Source: Chthoniobacterales bacterium
GTDB lineage: Bacteria; Verrucomicrobiota; Verrucomicrobiia; Chthoniobacterales; Chthoniobacteraceae
Assembly: GCA_041743065.1 (NCBI GenBank)
Contig: JBGTNO010000018.1
Location: 1 to 48,483, forward strand
DNA: 48,483 bases
Reading direction: 5' to 3'
In this document: positions 32,326 to 42,846 of the stretch, piece after piece
How the letters are laid out: every line of letters starts with the position of its first letter
Numbering within the stretch: the stretch's first letter is position 1
Notes under the pieces: model-generated
Database searches by the model: none
Seen by the model: only the letters and a program-made list of their open reading frames with translations
What the model was told of the DNA's origin: nothing
Position numbers and translations under genes: made by a program

Positions 32326-32622
32326 ATGTGGCTCTTCACCAAGCGCGGTTTCTACAGCATCGTTCAGAAGAAGAAGGGCGAGTTCCACATCCGCGCCCGG
32401 GTGAAGCCCGACCTCGGGAATCTGAAGGATCTTGCCGGAATCAAAGAGAAGATCGTCACAACACGGGATGCGGATTACCGCTACCGCCTGGTGGTCGGAC
32501 CCGAGGAGATCGGCTGGGTCATGGAGCGCCTGGGGCAGGACATCGATTACGCGAACTTCAAATCCAAGGTCGCCTCGGATCCCGAACAACGAGACAAGCT
32601 CGGCGCCTATCATGAGATTTGA
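32326..32622 (+). CDS. hypothetical small protein
   Basis: 98-aa ORF with lysine-rich, coding-like composition; no recognisable motif. Confidence 0.45.
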   Translation: MWLFTKRGFYSIVQKKKGEFHIRARVKPDLGNLKDLAGIKEKIVTTRDADYRYRLVVGPEEIGWVMERLGQDIDYANFKSKVASDPEQRDKLGAYHEI

Positions 32623-32869
32623 GGCGCAATGTACGGGGTGCAGCGAAGAGCGGAGGCGAGTTGAGGAGTAGAACTCAGGTTCAGCCGCGGCGTGAACGCG
32701 AAAAGATCGAAGCTCGGCCTCCCAAAAATCTGGACGACGACATCCCCGGCACGGGCGGTGCCGGAGAAGAGGCGCGATGGGTAGCTTCCTGGGAACGAAA
32801 ATCACAAAGTATCGACTGGTGCCAACACTTTCTGTCGGGTGCCTGCCGCCATAAGGTCGGGCCTGAGAG

Positions 32870-33758
32870 ATGACGCTGATTGCTATACGGTGGATACGAA
32901 GCCTCCTGGCTGTCGCGGCTTTGTGTTTTCTCGGAGGAATCGGATTCATGCTCTACGTAGGTCATCAGCTTGTTGCGCCAGTGCCCCGGGTCATCGGCCC
33001 TCCCCCCACCTACTTGGGCGGAGAGACCGTCCGGTTCCAAAGCGAGACTGGGAGTCAGGTCGCGGGTTGGCTCACGGAGAGAGAGGGCGCCTCTTGGCGC
33101 GATTCTCCTTTTGCATGCGATCCGGGCTGACCGGCGGAGCATGGCGGACCGAGCCAGGTTTCTACGTGATCAGGGCTACCACACACTCTGCATCGATCTC
33201 CAAGCCCATGGAGAGAGCGCAGGTGAGCACATCACGCTGGGGCATCTTGAGTCGATGGATGCGGCGGCCGGAGTGGCGTATCTGCGGGGTCGCTATTCGC
33301 TGCCAGTAGCCGTCATCGGGACCTCGCTTGGAGCAGCCGCGGCTCTCATGGCCGACTACGATCGGCCACCTGAGGCAATGGTCGTGGAAGCTGTGTTTGC
33401 CGATGCCGAAACGGCTGTCGGCAATCGACTCGAAATGCGTTTCGGTCGCTATGGACGCCTCTTATCACCCATGCTCACGTGGCAGATCAGATTGTTCCTG
33501 GGCATCGACGAAGACAGGTTGAATACCGTTCGAGCTGCGGAGAAGGTCGATCAGCCGATCTTTGTCCTCTATGGCAGCGAGGATCGGCACGCCCGGCCCG
33601 TCGAGGCCAAGGCCATATACGCGGGTGTCAGAGGGCCGAAAAAGATTTGGGAGGTCTTGGGTGCCGCCCACGTCGATCTCTATCGATTCGCTGGCGAAGA
33701 TTACGAGAAGCGCGTGGGCGAGTTTATCGCCACCTACCTCCGACCCGGATATGAATGA
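32870..33758 (+). CDS. alpha/beta hydrolase, reading frame interrupted
   Basis: TM helix plus ...VAGWLTEREGA in one frame. GAILLLHAIRADR...GHGESAG...IGTSLGAAAA (nucleophile elbow)...GSEDRH...AAH in another. Frames join near 33075-33095. Confidence 0.65.
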
Positions 33759-33882
33759 CGAGTCTTCCATTCTGTCGCTCGCCCCACCCATAATTCCATC
33801 CGTCATGATCGCTCCAACCTCAACCCTCATTCAATGCCTCGCTTACGCTCAGGCGTAAGTTGACTCGACGTTCGGCAAAAAA

Positions 33883-34449
33883 ATGAGCCATCACCGCAAA
33901 CTTTGGAGTATCTTGGCAGCGTTCATCGTTGGGGCGCTCGTCTCGTGTGATCCTCCATCTTCGGCGGAACCCGAGACAAATGAACAGGCTGGTTCGACAC
34001 CCGATCTTGAGCAGATCGCGAAACTCCAAGGCGATGTCACGTTCACCTTGGAAAATGGTGAAGATCTAAACCGTGAACACCCGGACACGTTCTGGATTCC
34101 TCCGAAAGAGCGTCGGGAGAATCTCGTCAAAGATGATCTGGTGAAACTGGTCTTCAGCTTAACCGATGGAGAACAGACACAGGGAGAACGGATGTGGGTC
34201 ATCGTGAAAAGTGGTGATGAATCAGCTTATACAGGGACTCTCGACAACGACCCCTACTCTACGGACCAGATTAAGGCAGGGCACGAGGTCTCATTCGAGC
34301 CGCGGCACGTGATTGAAATATTCGAGGACGGGAGCGCGAATACCCAAAATGCCGAACTAAACGGCGCTGACCAACTCGCCGACTCTCCTGAGTCGAGGTC
34401 GGAGGCCGGTCAAGACCGGGATCTCCCATCGGAGGGCCGCCCCCAATAG
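33883..34449 (+). CDS. DUF2314-like lipoprotein
   Basis: Signal/lipobox-like N-terminus (...GALVSC); FWIPPKERRENL...GERMWVIV...YTGTLDNDPY. Confidence 0.55.
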   Translation: MSHHRKLWSILAAFIVGALVSCDPPSSAEPETNEQAGSTPDLEQIAKLQGDVTFTLENGEDLNREHPDTFWIPPKERRENLVKDDLVKLVFSLTDGEQTQGERMWVIVKSGDESAYTGTLDNDPYSTDQIKAGHEVSFEPRHVIEIFEDGSANTQNAELNGADQLADSPESRSEAGQDRDLPSEGRPQ

Positions 34450-34501
34450 CGAACGGCAGTTCTCGGACATTGGCAATGACTCATGACACGAGGGACTATC
34501 C

Positions 34502-35215
34502 ATGATGCACGAGGCATCACGAGTCTGTAGACTTGACCGCGCATGGCTCGCCTTTCTGGTGGTTTCAGGCGGCTTGTTGAGCGCGTGTCTTGCAGCAACC
34601 GTTTTCGACGCGACCGTCTTCCTTTCTGGCATTCTTTGCGTCGGTCTAATGGCGATTGGTCGACGTGAAGGGTATCTCATTGGACTCTACAACAGTCTCT
34701 CCTATTCCATCCTGGCCTACGGCAACGGACTCTACGGAGAAGTCTATCTCAATCTCCTTTTCTTTGTCCCAACCAGCCTCATCGGTTACGTAATATGGTA
34801 TCGGCACACGAGACAGGACAGAACAGTGGAGATGAGGCAGCTTGGCTGGCCGGCTCGGTTCACAGTCGCAGCCATCTGCATTGCCTGCACAGTGGGACTT
34901 GGGCTTCTTCTGGGTCTGAATCCTCGCCAGAACACGCCTTTCATTGACGCAACCACCAACGTACTTTCCGTGGTGGCTACTTTCCTGATGATGTGGCGCT
35001 ACAAGGAGCAGTGGCTGCTTTACATTCTGCTCAACATCGTCACGATCGGAATGTGGTTCCTTCGCTTCAGAGCCGGGGGAGCGGCGGCAGACTTGATGAT
35101 TCTGATGTGGTCTCTGTTTCTCTTGAACGCTCTGTTTGGGTATTGGCGGTGGCACGTGGGAACGAAGAGAGTAGGTGTAACGAACACTGAGGCGGGGACA
35201 TGCAACGTGGTTTAA
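34502..35215 (+). CDS. pnuC: nicotinamide riboside transporter PnuC
   Basis: Multi-TM protein with PnuC-like motifs (GREGYLIGL...YGEVYLN...W.RH...QNTPFIDATT...WRYKEQW). Confidence 0.75.
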   Translation: MMHEASRVCRLDRAWLAFLVVSGGLLSACLAATVFDATVFLSGILCVGLMAIGRREGYLIGLYNSLSYSILAYGNGLYGEVYLNLLFFVPTSLIGYVIWYRHTRQDRTVEMRQLGWPARFTVAAICIACTVGLGLLLGLNPRQNTPFIDATTNVLSVVATFLMMWRYKEQWLLYILLNIVTIGMWFLRFRAGGAAADLMILMWSLFLLNALFGYWRWHVGTKRVGVTNTEAGTCNVV

Positions 35216-36258
35216 CCCTGGGCAAGTTCGCCCCTTTCCATCGGGGGCACCAGATGCTTATAGAAGCCGCGCTGTCCGAGGTGGATGAGTTGGTCGTCAT
35301 AGTCTATGCCACGGACCTGATCGATGTGCCTCTCCAGGTCCGCGCCGGGTGGATACAAGAGCTGTACCCGACGGTCCGAGTAATTGAGGCATGGGACGGT
35401 CCGGACGGTTACGGTGACACCCCGGAGATCTGTCGCGAGCAGGAAACCTACATTCTCAAGAAGCTCAACGGGCTTCGCATCACTCATTTCTACTCCAGTG
35501 AATTTTACGGTGACCATGTCAGCCGGTCTCTGGGTGCGGTAGACCGGAGGATCGACGAGGCACGCACGGTCGTTCCAATCAGTGGGACGGCTCTCCGCGA
35601 GGACTACTTTGCCGGGCGACAATACATTGCCCCGATGGTGTACGCTGACCTGATTACCAAAGTCTGCTTCATGGGCGCGCCCTCGACTGGCAAGACAACC
35701 CTCACCCAAACCCTGGCCGAGCAGCACAGTACGGTGTGGATGCCAGAATACGGCGCGGAGTACTGGCTTGAGCACCATGTTGACCGGCGAATCACGCTGG
35801 AACAGTTTGAGGAAATCGCGCCAGAGCACAACAGCAGGGAGGATGCGCTGGTGCGAGAGTCCCGCCGGTATCTCTTTTGTGATACGAACCCGATCACAAC
35901 GTACGTTTTTGCCAAGGACTACCATGGCCGGGTCGGGCCGGTTTTGACCCGCTTGGCAATAGAGGCAGAAAAGCGATACGACTTGCTCTTCGTGTGCGGC
36001 ACCGAAATCCCTTACGCCGACACATGGGATCGTAGTGGAGATCAGAAGAGGAAGTGGTTTCAGGACCAAATCTTCGGTGATCTGGCGGAAAGGCGGTTGC
36101 CTTTCTTCAGAGTCAGCGGAACACTGGAGGAACGAGTATCGCAGGTGGACGAAGTCCTTCGACAGCACCGGAAGTTCGGCAATGTGCTTGATATTCAGAA
36201 AGCGACCGAGCTTCGCGGCCGTGAAGCGGGCGTGAGCGTCCCGCCGAGCGCCTCTTGA
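35200..36258 (+). CDS. nadR: NadR-type NMN adenylyltransferase / ribosylnicotinamide kinase
   Basis: GKFAPFHRGHQ (HxGH) in the N-terminal domain; P-loop GAPSTGKTT in the C-terminal domain. Overlaps the pnuC end. Confidence 0.75.
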   Translation: MQRGLTLGKFAPFHRGHQMLIEAALSEVDELVVIVYATDLIDVPLQVRAGWIQELYPTVRVIEAWDGPDGYGDTPEICREQETYILKKLNGLRITHFYSSEFYGDHVSRSLGAVDRRIDEARTVVPISGTALREDYFAGRQYIAPMVYADLITKVCFMGAPSTGKTTLTQTLAEQHSTVWMPEYGAEYWLEHHVDRRITLEQFEEIAPEHNSREDALVRESRRYLFCDTNPITTYVFAKDYHGRVGPVLTRLAIEAEKRYDLLFVCGTEIPYADTWDRSGDQKRKWFQDQIFGDLAERRLPFFRVSGTLEERVSQVDEVLRQHRKFGNVLDIQKATELRGREAGVSVPPSAS

Positions 36259-36477
36259 CGTGCGAAGGGGGGTAGCCTCTTCCAGACACACCATAGTCCG
36301 GGGAGCGATAAAACTGCATCAATGATTCCGGCGTAAGAGAGTCCTGGTGCTGCCGTCCACCGGCGTTGAATTGAAGGGACTGGCGCTCACGCGCCATCGA
36401 TGTTGTGATCCAGGGCCAGCAGCCGCTGCGAGAGGCTGCTGCAAACGGATTTCGCCCTAATCTTGCTTTTCCCGACG

Positions 36478-37737
36478 ATGAAAAATTACGACACGCCAAT
36501 CATCGAGAGCCTGGCAGACCAGGATCTCTACAAGTTCACCATGGCGCAGGCGGCCCTGCATCACTGTCCCAGTTTGCAGGTCGAGTTCGCTTATCGATGT
36601 CGCACGCCGGGGATCGATCTGCGCCATCTGGCCGACGAAATTCGCGAGCAGGTGAGGCATGTGGCGACGCTGCAATTCACTCCGGATGAGATGGAATTTC
36701 TCAGCCATCTCACCTACGTCTCGTCCGATTTCATCGATTTCCTCCGGATATTCCGGCTCAACGCCGATGCGGTTCAGATTGGCGAACGAAATGGATCTCT
36801 CGACATACGGATCACGGGCTCCCAGGTCCACGTATCGTGGTGGGAAATTTACCTCCTCTCGATCATCAGCGAACTGCACGCCCGCCGGGCGTATCCGAAC
36901 ATCGACGAAAACGAAGGACATCGCCGGCTAACGGAAAAGATTTGCGCGGCAAAGGACTGGCAGAGCGTCCAGGGTTCGGATGGAAGGAAGTTCCGCCTGA
37001 TTGAATTTGGCACTCGCCGTCGTTACTCCCGAGCATGGCAGGAGAAGGTTCTCGACCGGCTCCGCACGGACCTGGCCGAATGCCTGGTGGGCACCTCCAA
37101 CGTTAAACTCGCGAAAGACTACGGTCTCCCAGCCTTCGGAACCTTCGCGCACGAATGGTTCCAGATCTGGCAGGCGACCGATGTCCGCCTGATCGAGAGC
37201 CAGAGGCGGGCGATGGACGTGTGGGCTCGTGAGTTCCGCGGCCAGCTCGGGATTGCCCTCACCGACATCATCACGATGGACGCTTTCCTCCGCGACTTCG
37301 ACCTCTACTTCGCGAAACTCTTCGACGGGTGCCGCCACGATTCCGGCGATCCCCGGGGTTGGACCGAGAAACTGATCGCACATTATCGGCGGCTCAATAT
37401 CGATCCCCGTTTGAAATGGGCCGTCTTTTCCGACGGCCTGAACATTCCGAAAGCACTCGCTTTGTGCGAAGAGTTCGAGGGTCAGATCATGACCAGCTTC
37501 GGCATCGGGACCGACCTCACGAACGACCTCGGCGTACCAGCGTTGAGTCAGGTGATCAAGATGACCAGGTGCAACGGCCAGCCGACGGCGAAAATTTCAG
37601 ACGCGCCGGGAAAGAGCATGTGCGAGGACGCCGGATACGTGGCGTATTTAAAGCAGGTCTTCGACGTTCGAGAAAGCGAGCCGCTCCCGTCAGCACCGAT
37701 GAAGGAAGTGGGTTCCGCCAAACGCGGCGGCCTCTGA
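36478..37737 (+). CDS. pncB: nicotinate phosphoribosyltransferase
   Basis: IIESLADQDLYKFTMAQA...EFGTRRR...GTFAHEW...RHDSGDP...FGIGT. The ATG at 36478 is preferred over the upstream TTG. Confidence 0.8.
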   Translation: MKNYDTPIIESLADQDLYKFTMAQAALHHCPSLQVEFAYRCRTPGIDLRHLADEIREQVRHVATLQFTPDEMEFLSHLTYVSSDFIDFLRIFRLNADAVQIGERNGSLDIRITGSQVHVSWWEIYLLSIISELHARRAYPNIDENEGHRRLTEKICAAKDWQSVQGSDGRKFRLIEFGTRRRYSRAWQEKVLDRLRTDLAECLVGTSNVKLAKDYGLPAFGTFAHEWFQIWQATDVRLIESQRRAMDVWAREFRGQLGIALTDIITMDAFLRDFDLYFAKLFDGCRHDSGDPRGWTEKLIAHYRRLNIDPRLKWAVFSDGLNIPKALALCEEFEGQIMTSFGIGTDLTNDLGVPALSQVIKMTRCNGQPTAKISDAPGKSMCEDAGYVAYLKQVFDVRESEPLPSAPMKEVGSAKRGGL

Positions 37738-37748
37738 AACTCCCTGCT

Positions 37749-38675
37749 ATGATGACCATCTACACTTCCGCCTACGAGTATTTGCGGGAACGCGGCACCA
37801 TTGGCGGCGATCCGGCCACGGAGTGTTCCGTCAGCGTCGAACGCTTCCCGGATGGCGAGCGAGGACTTCGGCTGCGCGACGATGTATCAGGTCGGGACGT
37901 TGTGCTGATCGGCGGGACGGAGAGTGATTCCTCGACTCTGGAGCTATATGATCTGGCCTGTGCGGCGACCAAGTACGGGGCCCGCCGGCTGACGATCGTC
38001 GTCCCCTACTTCGGCTGCTCCACCCAGGAACGCGCAGTCAAAGCGGGCGATGTGGTGACGGCAAAGACGCGCGCCCGGTTGCTGTCATCTATCCCGCGAG
38101 CGGCACAGGGCAATCGCATTATCCTTTTCGACCTGCACTCGGAAGGTATCCCCTATTATTTCGAAGGATCCATCCTGGCATTTCACATGTACGGCAAGGA
38201 GTTTGTCCTGCAGGCAGCTCGCGCAATCACCGGGGGCGAAAGATTCGTCCTCGGGGCAACTGATGCGGGCCGGGCCAAGTGGGTTGAATCCCTTGCCAAA
38301 GATGCGGGCGTGGATCCGGCATTCGTTTACAAACGGCGCACAAGCGGCGCTAAGACCGAGGTGATCGGGGTCAACGCCGATGTCGAGGACACGATTGTCG
38401 TCATCTACGACGATATGATTCGCTCTGGCTCAAGTCTCGTTGGTGCCGCGGAGGCATACCTCGCGGCGGGTGCCCGCGAGATCTGGGCGATTGCTACGCA
38501 CGGTGTCTTCCCCGGAGATCAGCCCGCTTCCGCGATCCGTTCGAGCTGCATCAAAGGCATTGCAGTCACCGATTCCCATCCCAATGCTTTGCGTGCCGAG
38601 CGCATTTCGGACGGCTTCGTGCGTGTCTATCCTCTAATTCCTATCCTCAACAAAAAGCTCCTGGAACTGGGCTGA
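37749..38675 (+). CDS. prs: ribose-phosphate pyrophosphokinase-like protein
   Basis: Start at MMTIY after the pncB stop. PRPP-synthetase fold motifs (VVPYFGCSTQER, DLHS, VIYDDMIRSGSS). Confidence 0.7.
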   Translation: MMTIYTSAYEYLRERGTIGGDPATECSVSVERFPDGERGLRLRDDVSGRDVVLIGGTESDSSTLELYDLACAATKYGARRLTIVVPYFGCSTQERAVKAGDVVTAKTRARLLSSIPRAAQGNRIILFDLHSEGIPYYFEGSILAFHMYGKEFVLQAARAITGGERFVLGATDAGRAKWVESLAKDAGVDPAFVYKRRTSGAKTEVIGVNADVEDTIVVIYDDMIRSGSSLVGAAEAYLAAGAREIWAIATHGVFPGDQPASAIRSSCIKGIAVTDSHPNALRAERISDGFVRVYPLIPILNKKLLELG

Positions 38676-38884
38676 AATGCGGCCACATCCGATCGGGGCT
38701 GACGAGAGCCGCTTTAGGATGCAACCCCGTTATGGCAGGGGCCCGTGTTGATGGAAGATCCAGAGCGGCGCGCCGCTTTTTCCGAGGATGTATCCCGTGG
38801 GGGATTGGCGGCAGTCTGGCTTTCCACTGCATGCCGATAGGAGCCTGAATCAGATGAACTCACAATCTAGGAAAAGCTGCTTGA

Positions 38885-38907
38885 CTTAGTGTTTGTTAAA
38901 CACTAAG
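38885..38907. promoter_or_regulatory. perfect palindromic operator upstream of pncA (candidate NrtR site)
   Basis: CTTAGTGTTT-GTT-AAACACTAAG, 10-bp perfect arms. It lies between a TTGACT box (38881-38886) and the pncA start. Confidence 0.5.
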
Positions 38908-38921
38908 TATTCTCCCGAACC

Positions 38922-39569
38922 ATGACCGCTCTCATCCTCGTCGATATTCAGAACGATTTTATTCCCGGGGGCGCCCTGGCCGTTCCGGAAGGGGATCGAA
39001 TCGTGCCTGTCGTCAATCGCCTCCAACCGTGCTTCAACCTCGTTGTCGCCACCCAGGACTGGCACCCCGCCGATCATGGGAGCTTCGCTTCGAATCATAC
39101 CGGGCGGAGCCCTGGCGAGGTGATCGAGTTGGGGGGACTTCCGCAGATCCTCTGGCCTGCGCACTGTGTGCAGGGCACCCCGGGTGCCGCTTTTGTTCCA
39201 GGACTGGACCGACAGCGGTGGGACCACGTCTTTGTGAAAGGCACTGATCCCCTCATCGACAGCTACAGCGGGTTCTATGATAACGGCCATCGGCAGGCGA
39301 CAGGACTGGCGGACTACCTTCTCCAGCGAGGGGTGACCAATGTGTGGATCGCCGGACTCGCCACCGATTATTGCGTTAAGTTCACCGCGCTCGACGCCGT
39401 TAAACTCGGCTTCAAAACTCACCTCATTGAGGACGCCTGCCGCGGCGTCGATCTTAAGCCGGACGATGTGCCCAGGGCCATCGAGGAAATGAAAGCCGCA
39501 GGAGTCGAGATCGTCCTCTCGCAGGAAGTGCTAAACCTACACAGCCCCCGTCGCGGTGCGGGAACGTGA
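38922..39569 (+). CDS. pncA: nicotinamidase/pyrazinamidase
   Basis: ALILVDIQNDF...QDWHP.DH.SF...HCV.GT...GLATDYCV isochorismatase-fold motifs. Confidence 0.85.
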   Translation: MTALILVDIQNDFIPGGALAVPEGDRIVPVVNRLQPCFNLVVATQDWHPADHGSFASNHTGRSPGEVIELGGLPQILWPAHCVQGTPGAAFVPGLDRQRWDHVFVKGTDPLIDSYSGFYDNGHRQATGLADYLLQRGVTNVWIAGLATDYCVKFTALDAVKLGFKTHLIEDACRGVDLKPDDVPRAIEEMKAAGVEIVLSQEVLNLHSPRRGAGT

Positions 39570-39596
39570 CGATCTGGGATTGAAGGTCTGTTTCAA

Positions 39597-39965
39597 ATGA
39601 CAACCACCACGCTATTTCGGCCGGTAGGGCCACAGGAACTCGATCTGATTGCCGCGAGCGCGTACCGTGGATTTCCGCCGCGTTTGCCGGAGCAGCCAAT
39701 CTTCTACCCGGTGCTCAATGAAGATTACGCCCGGCAGATCGCACGGGATTGGAACGTCAGCGCTTCCGGTGCCGGCTATGTGACACGTTTCAACGTCAGC
39801 AGCGAGTTTCTGAGACATTATCCAGAGCAGACAGTCGGCGCTGGCATTCACCGTGAGCTTTGGATTCCGGCCGACGACTTGCCTGAATTCAACCGTCACA
39901 TCGTCGGAGTCATTGAAGTGATCGCGGAATACTTGCCCGAGCAGCCACAAAAGCTCTCGAACTGA
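39597..39965 (+). CDS. conserved hypothetical protein
   Basis: 122-aa ORF inside the NAD cluster; no motif I can name. Confidence 0.5.
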   Translation: MTTTTLFRPVGPQELDLIAASAYRGFPPRLPEQPIFYPVLNEDYARQIARDWNVSASGAGYVTRFNVSSEFLRHYPEQTVGAGIHRELWIPADDLPEFNRHIVGVIEVIAEYLPEQPQKLSN

Positions 39966-39971
39966 CCAACC

Positions 39972-40661
39972 ATGCCACATACCTACGAATTTCCACGAGC
40001 GGCCCTCACCGTGGATTGTGTCGTCTTCGGCTTCGACGAAACGGACCTGAAGGTCCTGCTCATTCGACGCGGCCTGGAGCCCTTCATGGGAAGGTGGGCG
40101 TTACCCGGCGGATTTGTACGGGTGGATGAACCGATCGAGGAAGCAGCCCGCCGCGAGCTGTCAGAGGAAACGGGACTCGAGAACGTTTTTCTCGAGCAAC
40201 TCTACACATTCGGCGCGGTAGATCGCGATCCGCGTGAACGCGTCGTCAGCGTTGCCTACTACGCCCTCGTCAAGCTGGCCGTACACCCGGCTGCCGCCGC
40301 CACCGACGCGACCGACGCCGGGTGGTTCCCTGTTGCCCGCCTCCCGAAACTTGCCTTTGACCACTCTGACATTCTGAAAACTGCACTGCACCGCTTACGC
40401 GCCAAGGTCCGGTATGAACCGATCGGGTTCGAGTTGCTGCCGGAAAGGTTTACGCTTTCCCAGCTTCAGCACCTCTATGAAGTCGTGCTGCAGGCAGAAC
40501 TCGATAAGCGCAATTTTCGCAAGAGAATCCTCGGGATGGACTTGCTGGTCGCGCTTGAAGAGCACGCGCGAACAGGCGCTCACCGACCGGCCCAACTATT
40601 TCGGTTCGATGCCAGGAAATATGCCGCGCTCAAGAAACAGGGGTTCAATTTCGAGCTATGA
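39972..40661 (+). CDS. nrtR: Nudix-domain transcriptional regulator, NrtR-like
   Basis: Nudix fold with box [24 protein letters not shown], plus a C-terminal winged-helix-like region ([14 protein letters not shown]...NFRKR). Confidence 0.7.
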   Translation: MPHTYEFPRAALTVDCVVFGFDETDLKVLLIRRGLEPFMGRWALPGGFVRVDEPIEEAARRELSEETGLENVFLEQLYTFGAVDRDPRERVVSVAYYALVKLAVHPAAAATDATDAGWFPVARLPKLAFDHSDILKTALHRLRAKVRYEPIGFELLPERFTLSQLQHLYEVVLQAELDKRNFRKRILGMDLLVALEEHARTGAHRPAQLFRFDARKYAALKKQGFNFEL

Positions 40662-41758
40662 ACATAGCGAGAGACGCCACCGCAAATACGGCATTGCCAA
40701 CAATGTCGCTGCGGATCCGTGAAGCCCTTGCCGGAGTCCTCATTGGCACCGCGGTGGGTGACTCGTTGGGATTGCCGATGGAAGGGATGTCGGCTTGCCG
40801 CCAACAGAAGCTTTTTCGGCCGCCATTAAGGCAACGTCTGGTGGGATCGTTTGGGCTGATTAGCGACGACACTGAGCACACGTTTATGCTTGCGCAGGCA
40901 TTGCTCGAAGCCGGCGATGATGTCGCAGCATTCCAGCGAGAACTTGCCCGCCGGCTCAGATGGTGGCTCGCAAGTCTGCCCGCCGGCGTCGGCTTCGCAA
41001 CTCTGCGTGCCATTCTCAAACTCTGGATCGGCATCCCGCCCGTCCGCAGCGGCGTGTGGTCTGCCGGCAATGGGGCCGCGATGCGTAGTGCTTTGCTGGG
41101 AGTCTATTTTATGAACCGCGAAGAGAAGCGGCACGAGTTCGTGCATGCGAGCACGCAGATTACCCATCGAGATCCTCGCGCTGAAATCGCCGCCCTCGCG
41201 GTCGCCGATACGGCGGCGTGGATGACAGAACCGGGAGAGGACTGGGACATCTTGCTGCAATCGCTTGCGAAGATCTCGGAGCTATCAGAATGGACCGTTC
41301 TGGTAGAGAGAATCCGCTCGGGTTTGGCCGGCGATCAAACGGTTGCGGGCTTCGCTTCCGACTTGGGAGCGGCCGGTCGCGTGTCGGGGTACGCGTTCCA
41401 CAGTGTTCCTGTCGCGATATACGCCGCGCTACGCCATCGAGAGGATTTTGAATCTGCGGTGACTGAAGCCCTGGCGTGTGGAGGCGACACCGACACGGTC
41501 GGGGCAATCGCGGGAGCGCTTGTGGCCGCGCGAGTGGGGGTGGAGGGAATCCCGCATCGCTGGCGCAGCCGCGTGATCGAATGGCCCTGTTCCATTGATC
41601 TTCTGCGACGCGTCAGTGAAAGGCTGGGCCGGCAAATGGAAAGGCGGCACCCGCTTGGCCCAATACCTTACTGCTGGCCTGCCATCCCCGTGCGCAATCT
41701 TCTTTTTCTCGCTGTAATCATGGCGCACGGAATGCGGCGCCTCTTCCCACCCTACTAA
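40658..41758 (+). CDS. ADP-ribosylglycohydrolase family protein
   Basis: [35 protein letters not shown]. The start overlaps the nrtR stop (ATGA). Confidence 0.8.
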   Translation: MNIARDATANTALPTMSLRIREALAGVLIGTAVGDSLGLPMEGMSACRQQKLFRPPLRQRLVGSFGLISDDTEHTFMLAQALLEAGDDVAAFQRELARRLRWWLASLPAGVGFATLRAILKLWIGIPPVRSGVWSAGNGAAMRSALLGVYFMNREEKRHEFVHASTQITHRDPRAEIAALAVADTAAWMTEPGEDWDILLQSLAKISELSEWTVLVERIRSGLAGDQTVAGFASDLGAAGRVSGYAFHSVPVAIYAALRHREDFESAVTEALACGGDTDTVGAIAGALVAARVGVEGIPHRWRSRVIEWPCSIDLLRRVSERLGRQMERRHPLGPIPYCWPAIPVRNLLFLAVIMAHGMRRLFPPY

Positions 41759-41820
41759 CCACCACAAACGATTCATCGCACTAGAGCAATCAGTCGCCCA
41801 CAGCCTCAAGACCAATAGCC

Positions 41821-42846
41821 ATGTTTGGAATTCGCTTCATCAAAACACCGCCCACGACCTACCTGCTGCAGTTTCGCAACGGAAAAATCATCCGCGAAGG
41901 AACGGGCCTGTCATTCTTCTATTACGCACCGACCACGTCGCTGATCGCCATTCCCGTCGGAAGCGACGACGAACCGTTCATCTTCGAGGAAATGACGGCG
42001 GATCATCAGACGATCACCCTCCAGGGCCAGGTTACCTACCGGGTCGCAGATCCAAAGAAACTCGCCGGGCTCATGGACTTCACGCTGGCGCCGAACGGGC
42101 ACAGCTATGTTTCCGAAGATCCGGAAAAGTTGCCGCAGCGTGTGATCAATCTCGTTCATGTGTTCGCGCGGGCGGAGTTGGAAAAACTCCCGCTGCGCGA
42201 CGCCCTGCGTGCGGCCAGGGGCATCGTAATCAACGTCCGAAACGAGATAGCCACGTCGCCCGAGATCAGCGCGCTCGGAATCGAAGTCATCGGCCTATCG
42301 ATTCTCGCGATCAAGCCGACGCCGGAGACCGCCCGGGCCCTGGAAGCCGAGACGCGCGAACAGCTTCTGCGCGGAGCCGACGAGGCGATCTTCCTGCGCC
42401 GCAACGCCGCCGTGGAGCAGGAGCGCGCGATCAAGGAGAACGAACTCAATACGGAAGTCGCCGTGGAGAACAAGAAGCGCCAGATTCGAGAGGCTCAGAT
42501 GGACGCAGAGCGAGCCGTGCAGGAGAAGAAGCATCTGCTGGAGGACGCTGCGCTGGAAGCCGGGATCGCTCTGGAGGATAAGCGCAAAGGGCTCGTGACG
42601 CTCGCCGCGGACAACGCGAAAGCCGAGGCGGACGCCCGCGCTTATGGTGTTTCGGCGACGATGCAGGCGCTTGGCAGCGCCGACCCTCGCATCCTCCAGG
42701 CGCTCGCCAACAACGGCATGAAACCCGAACAGTTGATTGCCGTGGCGTTCCAGGAGATCGCGGCCAACGTGGATAAGATCGGGCAACTCAACATCTCGCC
42801 CGACCTTCTGCGCGAGTTGCTGCACGCCAGTGACCGCGCCGAATGA
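41821..42846 (+). CDS. SPFH/band-7 family protein (second copy in the window)
   Basis: SPFH core followed by a long Ala/Glu-rich coiled-coil tail. Confidence 0.7.
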   Translation: MFGIRFIKTPPTTYLLQFRNGKIIREGTGLSFFYYAPTTSLIAIPVGSDDEPFIFEEMTADHQTITLQGQVTYRVADPKKLAGLMDFTLAPNGHSYVSEDPEKLPQRVINLVHVFARAELEKLPLRDALRAARGIVINVRNEIATSPEISALGIEVIGLSILAIKPTPETARALEAETREQLLRGADEAIFLRRNAAVEQERAIKENELNTEVAVENKKRQIREAQMDAERAVQEKKHLLEDAALEAGIALEDKRKGLVTLAADNAKAEADARAYGVSATMQALGSADPRILQALANNGMKPEQLIAVAFQEIAANVDKIGQLNISPDLLRELLHASDRAE

